A stretch of 45,143 bases of DNA from positions 191,096,420 through 191,141,562 of the forward strand of contig NC_068982.1 of NCBI RefSeq assembly GCF_001194135.2, read 5' to 3'. A program made the translations under genes and the position numbers. Source of the stretch: Octopus bimaculoides (lineage: Eukaryota). The notes under the pieces are model-generated. The model was given only the letters and a program-made list of their open reading frames with translations, was not told the origin of the DNA and did no database searches. Below, piece by piece: positions 1-10,614 of the stretch. Within the stretch, counting starts at the first letter, position 1; every line of letters starts with the position of its first letter.

Positions 1-400
1 CCTACATTGGACACTAAACTCCGCTTGCAAAGACCTGTTGAGGCAAGTGAAATTGAAATTGAACTAAATTCGACGACTGGCATCCATGCCAACGTTGTCT
101 CCTTCATTGGACACGAAACTTGGCTTGTGAAGACCTGTTGGGGCAAGCGAAAGCAAAATCATGATGGCACCTGTGCCGATGGCACTTGTGCCGCTGGCAC
201 ATGTAAAGACATTCGAGCGAGATCGTTGCCAGTGCCGCCGAATTGGCTCCTGTGCAGGTGGCATGTAAAATACACCATTTTGAGCGTGGCCGTTGCTAGT
301 ACCGCCTGACTGGCCTTCGTGCCGGTGGCACGTAAAAGCACCCACTACTCTCTCAGAGTGGTTGGTGTTAGGAAGGGCATCCAGCTGTAGAATCTCTGCC
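1..400 (+). mobile_element. RTE-3'UTR-derived repeat, truncated at 400
   Basis: GGCACGTAAAAGCACCCACTAC..GTTAGGAAGGGCATCCAGCTGTAG block shared with 32667-32920. Internal direct repeat at ~6-57 and ~106-150. Confidence 0.75.
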
Positions 401-3299
401 GGCTATCCTTCGGTACTAGTACGCTAAATGCCAAATCGTCCACGTGGCGTTTGTTTACATCAATTGGGCATTTTTCGTAGGGGAAGAGGGAAAGGAGGCG
501 AAAGAGATAGAAAGCGAGTTTAACGTTTTTTTGTGATGCCCTGTACCCATATATGCATGTATGTATACATATAGATGTAGGTATGTACATATATGTATGG
601 ATATATGCATATATAGAAAGAGATAGAAATAGAAAGAGAGAGATAGATAGAGAGAGAGAGAGAGGGAAGGCGAGAGATAACTGACATGTGTTTTTAAGGG
701 AGGGAGAGATAGAGAGAGAGCCGATATTCCTTTGCTGTGAGGAAGAGGGGAAAGATATGATTATTTAGACAGGACTCTTCATCAAATTTAGAAAATTTTT
801 TCATTAAGTATTATGAGACAAATCCCCAAAAATGAAGAGAATGATTCCAGTTCATGTCAAATGATTTAGAAAGTATATAAATACATAAAAACACAAAAAA
901 ACATTTCTGTAGAAACATTTAACACTTACCTCAAATTCTTCATTTGCTTGGAAGAAGCATTCAGGTTTCTCATAGCATTTTATGCGACATGGTTTCACTG
1001 TTTGGCTCTGCTTTTAGTTTTCCTTTGGCTTCCAAGATGTCTACCTTTTTTCTGTTTATCTTCGATTTTGTTGTTATTGGATTCCCTCTTTTTCTTTCTT
1101 TTAAATGGTAGTTCCTTTTTTTTTTTGTTTTCCAAACTCAAAAATTAACCATAGGTCTTTTCTTGGTCTTTCTGATTTTATATGCCAGATTTTCTTTTTC
1201 ATTTTGGGGTTTCGTCATGAAGTTGGAGCCGTTTCAATTGATATCTCTACAGCTACAGAGAAGATCAAGTCGTTCAGACGAACTCATATTCAGAGCATAT
1301 ATTCTTTGCAGGCTGTTATATTCATCCTTTCATTCAGCCGTTTTGTCCTTTGTCTTTTTTTAAACATAAATTATTTTTATTAACTTATTTTTACAGGAAC
1401 ATTAAATTATCGAGAGAGAAAAAAAACCATAATTACCAAGGAAACGAAGAAGAAAAAAAGGGTGCGAATGAAGCAGCAGAAGATGGTGGGGAGGGAGTAA
1501 CAGGTTGTCCACCCCAGAACAAATGACGTGTTTAGCGATTCCTTGCAGACACGATTGCAAGGGCGTTTGTGACAGAGAATGGCCAGTGACGCTTCGTGCA
1601 GCAGCAGAAGCCATCATACCACACACAGGACTCGCTTCTCAGACGGTCTTCAGTTATTCCAATTTTGCAATGGAATTTGGCAGTGCAAGGGTTCAAGAAC
1701 AGCAGAAGTCTCGACAGCAACAATCACACACCATTTAAGCTCTTGGTGTACGCTTTGTGTGTAGTTTTGATCCTTCTGTGCTGTAACCGTACATTTTGTG
1801 TATAGACAACCCTGTCCTACATAATTTTACTTTCGTTTGTGGGGATCCAGTCGGTTGGCTGCCAGCATCAATTCTGCTCGAATCAATTTAATATTCAGTG
1901 AAATGATACACTTTTATTGGTTAATGAATGACGTGAAAACCATTTTCATTAAAAGTCAATAAAAAGAGAATTATTAGCAATTAAAGTTTAAAAATTTATG
2001 AACTGGTCAACCAAATCTTTGCTTTTTAAAAATATCTAATTTGTAACATGTTGTTCATCGCATTTGCATTAAATGCATATTGAATGCTTAATTAAAACTA
2101 TTTGTTAATCTGTTTCTTTAGTTGTGAGGTGTGCTAAAAAATAACAGCTAAATAACGTTTTTTGAATAAATCTTTAAAATTAACAGAAACATTTATTTAA
2201 ATGAAAGAAAATTACCGGAGAACTTTCATCTAATTCTTCCAAATCTTTCTGTTAAAACTATTGAAGCCATTTGCGCTACTTTCAGAATGCTGACAACATG
2301 TGCAGTCACGCACAAAATGACGGTTTCCAAATCCTGTTTCCTGACTGGGTGAAAATGATCCAACTTTAAACCTCTTTAACTTTTTAAAAACATTTTTCTG
2401 GNNNNNNNNNNNNNNNNNNNNNNNNNNNNNNNNNNNNNNNNNNNNNNNNNNNNNNNNNNNNNNNNNNNNNNNNNNNNNNNNNNNNNNNNNNNNNNNNNNN
2501 NNNNNNNNNNNNNNNNNNNNNNNNNNNNNNNNNNNNNNNNNNNNNNNNNNNNNNNNNNNNNNNNNNNNNNNNNNNNNNNNNNNNNNNNNNNNNNNNNNNN
2601 NNNNNNNNNNNNNNNNNNNNNNNNNNNNNNNNNNNNNNNNNNNNNNNNNNNNNNNNNNNNNNNNNNNNNNNNNNNNNNNNNNNNNNNNNNNNNNNNNNNN
2701 NNNNNNNNNNNNNNNNNNNNNNNNNNNNNNNNNNNNNNNNNNNNNNNNNNNNNNNNNNNNNNNNNNNNNNNNNNNNNNNNNNNNNNNNNNNNNNNNNNNN
2801 NNNNNNNNNNNNNNNNNNNNNNNNNNNNNNNNNNNNNNNNNNNNNNNNNNNNNNNNNNNNNNNNNNNNNNNNNNNNNNNNNNNNNNNNNNNNNNNNNNNN
2901 NNNNNNNNNNNNNNNNNNNNNNNNNNNNNNNTAAAAGTTTAAAATGTTTTTTTCTTTTTACAAACAGCATGCGACTTTTTTCCATCTATTCTGTCACCAC
3001 GTGTAATAAGTCCGCATGGTACTAGACAGTCGTCGCAGGTAAACTTATTTCTAATAAGTCGACGACGCGCACACCATTCCAACATTCTGTATCTTGAGCT
3101 ACTGCTTAAATCACAGATTTTCCTCTAATATTAATTCACGAGTGAGGATTTCGTTTTCAACAACAATAAGATGTTGTGCAGCCGGTCTTCCACGAGGCAT
3201 TTTCTATTTCTCATAAGAAACTATGATATTCAATCACGTGTGTGATTTATATATAAACAGTTAACGTCAATCAAATCACATGATTTATTTATAAACAAA

Positions 3300-3415
3300 G
3301 TAGTACGGATAATACTGGTAGTACGGATAATACTCGGACCCTCAAAGGTCATACAGACCCCAGTTGAACACCCTCGGACCCTCAAAGGTCATATAGACCC
3401 TGGTCGAACCCCCTC
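3300..3415. repeat. Adjacent tandem duplications (18 bp x2, then 40 bp x2)
   Basis: GTAGTACGGATAATACT(G/C) at 3300 and 3318. GGACCCTCAAAGGTCATA.. at 3336 and 3376. Confidence 0.85.
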
Positions 3416-5457
3416 GGTTTAGTGTGATTGAATGTTCTTTTTATTTTTAATGTCTACTTTATCAATCAGTTTGTCTACTTCGATTTTAGGTACTTTAGCC
3501 TCACATAAAATAAACTTTCGCACGTTTCCTAGTTCGTTTCTTCTTCTTCTTCCAGAGTTGCTGTCTCTTTTACGGTTCTTGGATGTTTCGGGTAAAGAGA
3601 GAGAGAGAATTATGTCGAATACATTTCAATATCATCGCTATTTGTTCAACGTTGTCTTTTAATGTTGTTTTCTGTTGGATGATAAACATCAGATCAGTCA
3701 ACCTGTTTAATGTTAACTTTGAGACTGTCTCAGAGCAGTGCAATGGTTCTTAACCATTTCGGATGATACTCACAGACCGAAATTTCTTGTTATTTTGATT
3801 TGTTAATCTCCGTCGAAAACCTAATTAGTAATATTGTTAATACTTCTAAAGTCGCCTTTGAAAAGTATTCGTTCTTAGAAATTCATCATTTTCAGTTTGT
3901 TTTGCTTCTCTTTGAAACAAGAAGTTTCTGTGGGTCTTATGAACATCATTAACGGAGTTGTAGAATCATTTGATTTTTGTAGACATATTTATAAAACATT
4001 TGAGTGGAGGTGCTGTGCTGAGTATGACTGGATTAACATACAGCACCGAGTACAAGTGAGGAAAACATATTCTTCTAATTATGACCGAGTAGAACACACT
4101 GTACCATGCAGAAATAGGACGGCATTCATAGGAAAGTACAACTAACTGGTAGAATATGCCACATAGATGTGAGACATGCTGTACAGAGTACAACTCAGAT
4201 GATACACTAAGCTGTGTACAGCTGAGATTGCTCAATTTTCCTTAGCTGAGTCTATGCACAACACATTTTTTTCCTGGTTTATGTCCTTTCCATTTTCTTG
4301 GGAAAGCCATGAATCTCCCAACCCATCTTCCTTAACTCTATGATTATTAACCCTTAAAAGGCGACAAGCTAGCAGAACCATAAGCATGCCAAGCCAAACT
4401 CTTAGTAGCATCTTGTCCATCTCTACATTCTGAGTTCAAATTCCACCAAGGTCGATTTTGATGTTTATCCTTTCCGATAAGTCCCAGTTGGGCTTTGGAA
4501 AGAATGTCATAAAATTGAAGTCTTAGACGTCTTCTAAGAATCCTTTACATTTCTTTATTATTCTACTTCACTGTGTTGTGAGGGTGGGATGGGGACATCA
4601 ACGGGGAGTTTAGGGTCACTCAGGAGGTGCCCATCTTTTATCCTTTACTTATTTCAGTCGTTAGAATGTGGCCATGCTGGGGCACCACCTTGAAGAGTTT
4701 TTAGCCGAATGAATCAACCCCAGAACTTATGTTTTTTTTTAAGCCTGATGTTTATTCTATCAGACTCCTTTTGTTGAACAACTAAGTTACATGGACATAC
4801 ACAAACCAACACCGCTCGGGGTTTGGTGATTAGAGTCCAATAGAATAAGTACTCAGCTTAAAAAAGAAAATCCTGGAGTTGATTCAGTCAACCAAAATTC
4901 CTTCCAGCATGGCCACAGTCTGGTGACCGAAACAAGTAAAAGACAACAAAGTATGGGACAGGGACACACAAACCCTTAATAACTGCTCAGAAGAAAAGAA
5001 TGGGGTGGGTATTACACTTTATGACACAAAATGTCTGGTGGACAGAAGACCTAAACACTTGGTGTGTCTTTCATTGGTGACTTTCTTTTGGTGACAACGG
5101 ACAATGAGAGTGAGGAGGCCTATGAATAAAACAAATACATTTGTTACATTTCAACAAGTTGCAAAAGATTGATAAAAAATGTTTACCTTTATATTGCTGT
5201 TAAAAAAGGGTCAAAAAGCCCCAAAATAATTGCTTCTAATTTAGGGCAGAGTGAGGTTAATAAATACCATCAACCCCAATACCTGACAGACACTTTATTT
5301 CATCAACCCTGGGAACCAAAAAGCCTTAAAGTTAACTTAGCAAAGACTAAAGTTTTAGTAAACAAACAGGGATAGCCTTGGTTGATACAGTTCTATATTT
5401 AAGAGACAAGGAATTATTTACATTAGACGGATATTTGTCCTCATCTTGTTTGTTGTT

Positions 5458-5503
5458 AACACAACGTTTCGGCTGATACACCCTCCAGCCTTCATTAGGT
5501 GTC
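5458..5503 (-). ncRNA. Degenerate hammerhead ribozyme motif
   Basis: Reverse complement reads GACAC CTAATGA AGGCTG...CAGCC GAAA CGTT GTGTT; the conserved G5 is mutated to A. Confidence 0.5.
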
Positions 5504-5674
5504 TTGGGGAAATTTCAAACCTGGGTTCTCATTCCTAAAGTATTTTTCAATGTAATTATTATTACTATTATTATTATTATTATTATTATTCAGGTCACTG
5601 CCTGGAATCGAACTCAGAATAATAACATCGAAAAATACCTTAGGAATGAGAATCCAGGTTCGAAATTTCCCCAA

Positions 5675-5720
5675 GACACCCGATGAAGGCTGGAGGGTAT
5701 ATCAGCCGAAATGTTGTGTT
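5675..5720 (+). ncRNA. Degenerate hammerhead ribozyme motif
   Basis: Same 46-nt layout as 31595-31640 but with core CCGATGA and stem III ATGT. Confidence 0.5.
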
Positions 5721-6329
5721 AACAACAAACAAGATGAGGACAGATATCCGTCAAATGTAAATAAAGCCTCAGTTGATATCCAGTAGAAAAGGTACTGGAC
5801 GATGTTTCATACAGAGTACCCAGTGCAAGCTATGGGCAGATCAGAAGTGTAGAAGAATGACAAGAAGGTTAACAGAGAAAGTAGTGCATGTGTATGTGGC
5901 AGATGTGCAAGAACATACAGGAAAATAGATTTCCTCAAATGCCAAAGGGGATCCTTAGAGGTAGTAGTTTCTGTTGCCTAGGTGATAAAATTAACAGTGG
6001 AGGAGAATGCTCTGAAAGTGTAATAATTAGAAAAAGAAGTGGTAGGAGAGAGTTCAGAGTTATTAGCTTTGTTCATAATAAAGGGCCCCTCCGTTAGAAT
6101 GAAGGGCAGATTGTATGGATAGCAGTGAAAAATTGGCCATGGATGGAGGGGGCAGAGAGAGACTAGAAAGGAACGAAGCTAGAATGCTCTGGAAGATGAG
6201 CAACATCATCTGTGCATGACAAAAATGGTGCTGAGAAAAAAAGTGAGGACAAGAAAGGAGACTGGTTTAGTCAGATGATGTGTATGGATGAGGGCAATAG
6301 TATAAAGAAGTATTGATCAGTAAATGTGG

Positions 6330-6500
6330 AACTTGTGGAAGAGGCTCTGCCCTTGAGTAATTCACATTTGTTTTTTGTTGTATCCCTGCAATCCTGTTCT
6401 GTTGGTGCAGCTTCACCAGGTAGGATAGTCTTGTTTCCCAGGTGTTGGGGTTGATCTCAAAGTCCTTCAAGTGATTTTTCTGTCCCCCCTTGTGTGTATT
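6330..6500 (-). mobile_element. RTE/BovB-like LINE C-terminal remnant
   Basis: HKGGQK..LKDFEINPNTWE...QQNRIAGIQ resembles the GGQKKR.KDxLK..LKDF.I.P.TWE tail of RTE-BovB ORFs. Confidence 0.5.
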
Positions 6501-7298
6501 TGCTTTCACTAGTGCTGTAAATTATACAAGAGTAGAAGCAGACCTATTTCAACCCCCTTTTTCTCTGACCAACTATCCTGCCCCGTCCTTGGAACCATTT
6601 CCTTTGACACCCATCCACGCTTCCCAATTTTCCATTAATCATCCCATTCCGTATCATCAGTTATCTTCCCCTTTTCCTCAAAGCTCCATCTTCAGACTAA
6701 CTTACCATATCCTTAACAACTTTTCGTATCTGCCATCAACACCACCTCTGCCCTTACTGACCACTAACTTTATCCACCCCCTCCATCTTCTCTGTCACTG
6801 TATCTCTCTCTAGCCTGCAGCACCCCTCCTTTACCCATTCCCCATCACATCATCTCCATATTTCTCATCTCTATCATTCTGCTCTTCACTCTTTCTCTCA
6901 CTTACCATTCCATCCCAACCCGTATTTAGTATCAACAGCAGCCCCCACCCCACCAACACTTCCTGGTTAAAAGAAACCATAAAGCAAAACACTGGAATAT
7001 GAAGAAATAAAAAAATTACAAAAAAAGAACAGAAATTACACACATTTCTGGATATGGACATAGAAGAGAATGATTGAGGGACCTTTATTATTTCATAAAT
7101 GCATTTAATGGAAAGTTGATATAGCAATGTAGTCTCAATGTAGAAAATCACACACACACACACACACACTCTTCCATGCAATCACAAGGTAGACCTGCAT
7201 CTGTACACAGTACTGTCCGTAATTATTAGGTCATGTATAAACACAGAACACTTGTATATAATACTACACACACATACAGACACACACACATACAGACA

Positions 7299-7414
7299 TA
7301 TGGCTGTGTAGTTAAGAAGCTTGCTTCCTAACTGCTGGGTTTTGGGTTCAATTCCATTGCATAGTGCTCTAGGTGACAATATCTGACAGATGAAAAATGT
7401 AAGAAGCCCATCAT
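7299..7414 (+). mobile_element. tRNA-derived SINE head (family A)
   Basis: ATGGCTGTGTAGTTAAGAAGCTTGCTTCC...GGTTCAATTCC...GAAGCCCATCAT, followed by (TG)n. Confidence 0.7.
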
Positions 7415-8344
7415 GTGTGTGTGTATGCGTGCATGTGCTTGTGCCTCTTTGCCTCGATACTGTGTGACAGCTGTAGACAAGTGTCATCATCATCATCATC
7501 ATTTAACATCCGTTGTCCATGCTGGCAAGCTGAGGGGCTGCACGAGACTGCAGTCTGATTAAGCATGGTTTCTACAGCTGGAGTCTGGTGCAGCCCCTCA
7601 ACTTACCAGCCCTGGTCAAACCGTCCAACCCTTGAATATGACATGTCCCTTATTTCCAATTTTGCATGAAAACACATCCAGCCATGCAGAAGAATTACTT
7701 TGCTTGGTAAGAATTGATGGCAACGTATGTGTATATATTCATATATGAATCTATACATGTACACCTGTGTATAGACAGACACATCACTCAAACACATATA
7801 AACACACACACACAGGTATATGATGACAGTCATTAGATTACTTTGTGGTAATCATTCGAGTTCTCTATGCACTTAGTTCAAATTCAACCAAGGTCAACTT
7901 TGCCTTTCATCATGTTGGAGTCAATTAGATTAAAGTTTTAGTCATGTGGTGGGGGGGATTCTTTTCTTTCTTTCTGTCTCTGTTAAAAGAAATCAACAAT
8001 GGTCAAGACTTAGAAATGTCCTTCCTACGATTGTAGTAAAGGGTTGATTGAGGGTGGATATGGAGGACTGCAAAAAGTAACATGTTACTAATTCATTCTT
8101 CTTATTTGTCTGATTCACATAAACTCATAGCACCGACTACCTATTTAGCCTTTGAGCACATTCGGTCATTTCAATATCTCACTGCTCACGGAGACAGACT
8201 GAAATGGTACTGCCAAGGTTCATATACACCTGTCTGCTCTGTGTGTGTGTGGATATATCAATTTTTGAGTTAAAAGTAAATCCAGTAATAACATCATCAG
8301 TTGCACAAACAAAGTGCAAGTGTTTTGTTTCCATATATAGAATA

Positions 8345-8495
8345 GGTGCAAGTATGGCTGTGTGGTTAAGGAGTTCACCTCACAACCACATGGCTTTTGG
8401 TTCAGTCCCACCACATGGCACGTTGGGCATCTTCTATGATAGCAATGAAATGACTGAAGATGCATTTGATAAACTGAAACTGAGAGAAGACTATG
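8345..8495 (+). mobile_element. tRNA-derived SINE head (family A)
   Basis: ATGGCTGTGTGGTTAAG...GGTTCAGTCCCAC...TTGGGC. Confidence 0.7.
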
Positions 8496-8824
8496 AGGTG
8501 TGCATGCATGTGTGATATATATATACACACACACACACACTTACATACATACATACGAGCACAGCCACATGTGTGTGGGTGTTTACATATCCTCCCAAAA
8601 TTACTAACAAGGTCAAAGTGGTGACATCGTTGCCATTGTTTCCCCTGCCAAACAAGTGCTCCGCTGATTCCTGACTTCAAAAACAGGTGGTAAGGGTTAG
8701 TGACAGGGAAAGCATGACTGTAAGACATTACCTTGATGACACATTCATCCAACCCATGCTAGCATGGAAATACAGATGTAAAACAAACAAATACACACAC
8801 ACACACACCTGTACACAGACATAC

Positions 8825-9094
8825 TTTACTTTTTTACATTTACTTGTTCCAGTCATTAGAGTGTGGCCATGCTGGGGCATCGTCTTGATGCATTTTAGTT
8901 GAAAGAATCAACTCCAGCCCTTAATTCGTTTTAAGCCTGGTACTTATTTCATTGGTATCTTTTGCAGAACTGATAAGTTGTGGGGATGTAAACATACCAA
9001 CACTGGTTGTCAAGCGGTGGTGGGGGACAAATACAGACACAAAAACACCACATGTTTGGGAAGCAAACTTCTTACCACACAGCTACGCTTGCAC
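8825..9094 (-). mobile_element. Family A SINE (internally deleted, head plus tail)
   Basis: Reverse complement has GCTGTGTGGTAAGAAGTTTGCTTCC and tail CAGCATGGCCAC..ACTGGAACAAGTAAA. Confidence 0.7.
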
Positions 9095-10614
9095 TTATAT
9101 ATATAAACACACACACACACACACACACACACGCATGTCTATATATGTATTTATAGATATATACATGTATATAAATATATGTGAACAAATAACTACAGAA
9201 AATACTGCAGACATATGCAAAACATTGTAATTATGAGAATTTTTGTTTGCACACACACACACACACACACGTTTTGCAGATTCTGGTTAATTGGGTCATT
9301 AGTTAATTATGTTGTTATTTATACCAGATGAAGAGAATTACTAAAATCTTTGAAGATTTCAGGCATTTATGGCACACAGGCAGCAGTAAGTAGACTATAG
9401 AACGTCACAACAAGAATCAGTACCGAGTTTGCATTTGGGTTGTGAATATCTATTCATATCAGAGTGAAAAATAGTTGCTCTGTCTCTTATTTCTGATAGA
9501 TGCTATCAATAGACCCCCCCACCCAGAGAATATCAGGGAGAACTGCTACCAAATGATGCAGGCAATGGCCAAGCTTCAGCAATTTACAACCAGAGTAATT
9601 GTGTTTACTCGGATTTTTTTTACAAGTTACACTATATATTCCTGCTTGCTATAAGAAGTGAATAAAAAGGTTGATGACAAGAGGGGCTTCTGGCCATAAA
9701 ACAGCATCAAAAAGGGAACCATGACAAGAACATAATCAGATCGGCATAGGACCCAGGACCCAGCAAAGCCAACTCTGCTTTAGGGGAGGAAAGCAGCTAT
9801 AAAAATGCTACTTGGTTGTTCTAAACCCTTGGATGTTGGGCATAGCTGGAGTGGATTAGGCCAAGGGGTTATTGTCTCTAGGTTTGCCAATTAACTGGAA
9901 TCCAGTATATGTGTGTGTGTGTAAATACACACACACATTTCACAGTGTATAATGCAAGAGTGAAACTGTAATGCAAGATCTGATATGAAAAGACAGTGAA
10001 ACAAAATCAATATTTATAAATGGTCGGTTAATATTGACTTTAGAGGACCCAGACATAAATTTAAAATGACATTGATCCATTAACACACAGGCTGATTGCT
10101 TGGTTGGTTGGGTTTCTTTTTTTTTTCTTCTATGGAATCTTAATGAGGATGCATTATACCCAGGGAAACATCACACACACACACACACACACAGAGTAAG
10201 TCACTACATATGAGCAAAATGTCCCTTTCTTGCTATCAATTCAAACCATACACATACCATTATTGCAAATTATTTGAGCAGGAAACACAGTTCTGTTTGT
10301 TTGCTTGGATTTGTGTGTGCGTGCATGAGAGTGTGTGTGTGTGTGTTTCTGTCTCAAATAGAAGCTTCAAGATAGAATCACAGAAACTGAATGTCAGGCT
10401 AGTGTTGAGAACAATGAGAAAATGGTATGGAACCAATGAGGTTTTATATATACAGTAACAATTGAATGATGAATGTTGACACATGATGGATGTGATGAGA
10501 GACGAAAGATTGTTCTGAAGCAGGAATGGTGTATGATTGTAGTAATAGTAGCAGTAGTAGTAGTAGTAGTATTAGTAGTAATAGTAACAACGACGACGAC
10601 GCTGTTGCCTGTAG

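Larger units (their letters stand above)
5383..5764. mobile_element. Second locus of the same composite element, arranged as a long inverted repeat
   Basis: The arms ~5414-5555 and ~5620-5764 are reverse complements. The spacer holds (ATT)n and a minus-strand B-box head remnant (CAGGTCACTGCCTGGAATCGAACTC). Confidence 0.7.
5308..6240 (+). mobile_element. Degenerate RTE LINE ORF fragment interrupted by the inverted hammerhead element
   Basis: SLKVNLAKTKVLV at ~5323-5362. After 5764, frameshifted remnants resemble CTQCKLW, CGRC, LEVV..FCxLGDxIxSGGxCSES. Confidence 0.6.

Noticed and set aside
1500-1810. piggyBac transposase remnant (YDG..HWP, Cys-rich, GVDNL)
   Set aside because: The motifs are in different frames and in the wrong order, and no TTAA/TIR boundaries were found.
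9869-9874. Poly(A) signal of the main gene (minus-strand AATAAA)
   Set aside because: A single hexamer in AT-rich DNA cannot be assigned without 3' end data.
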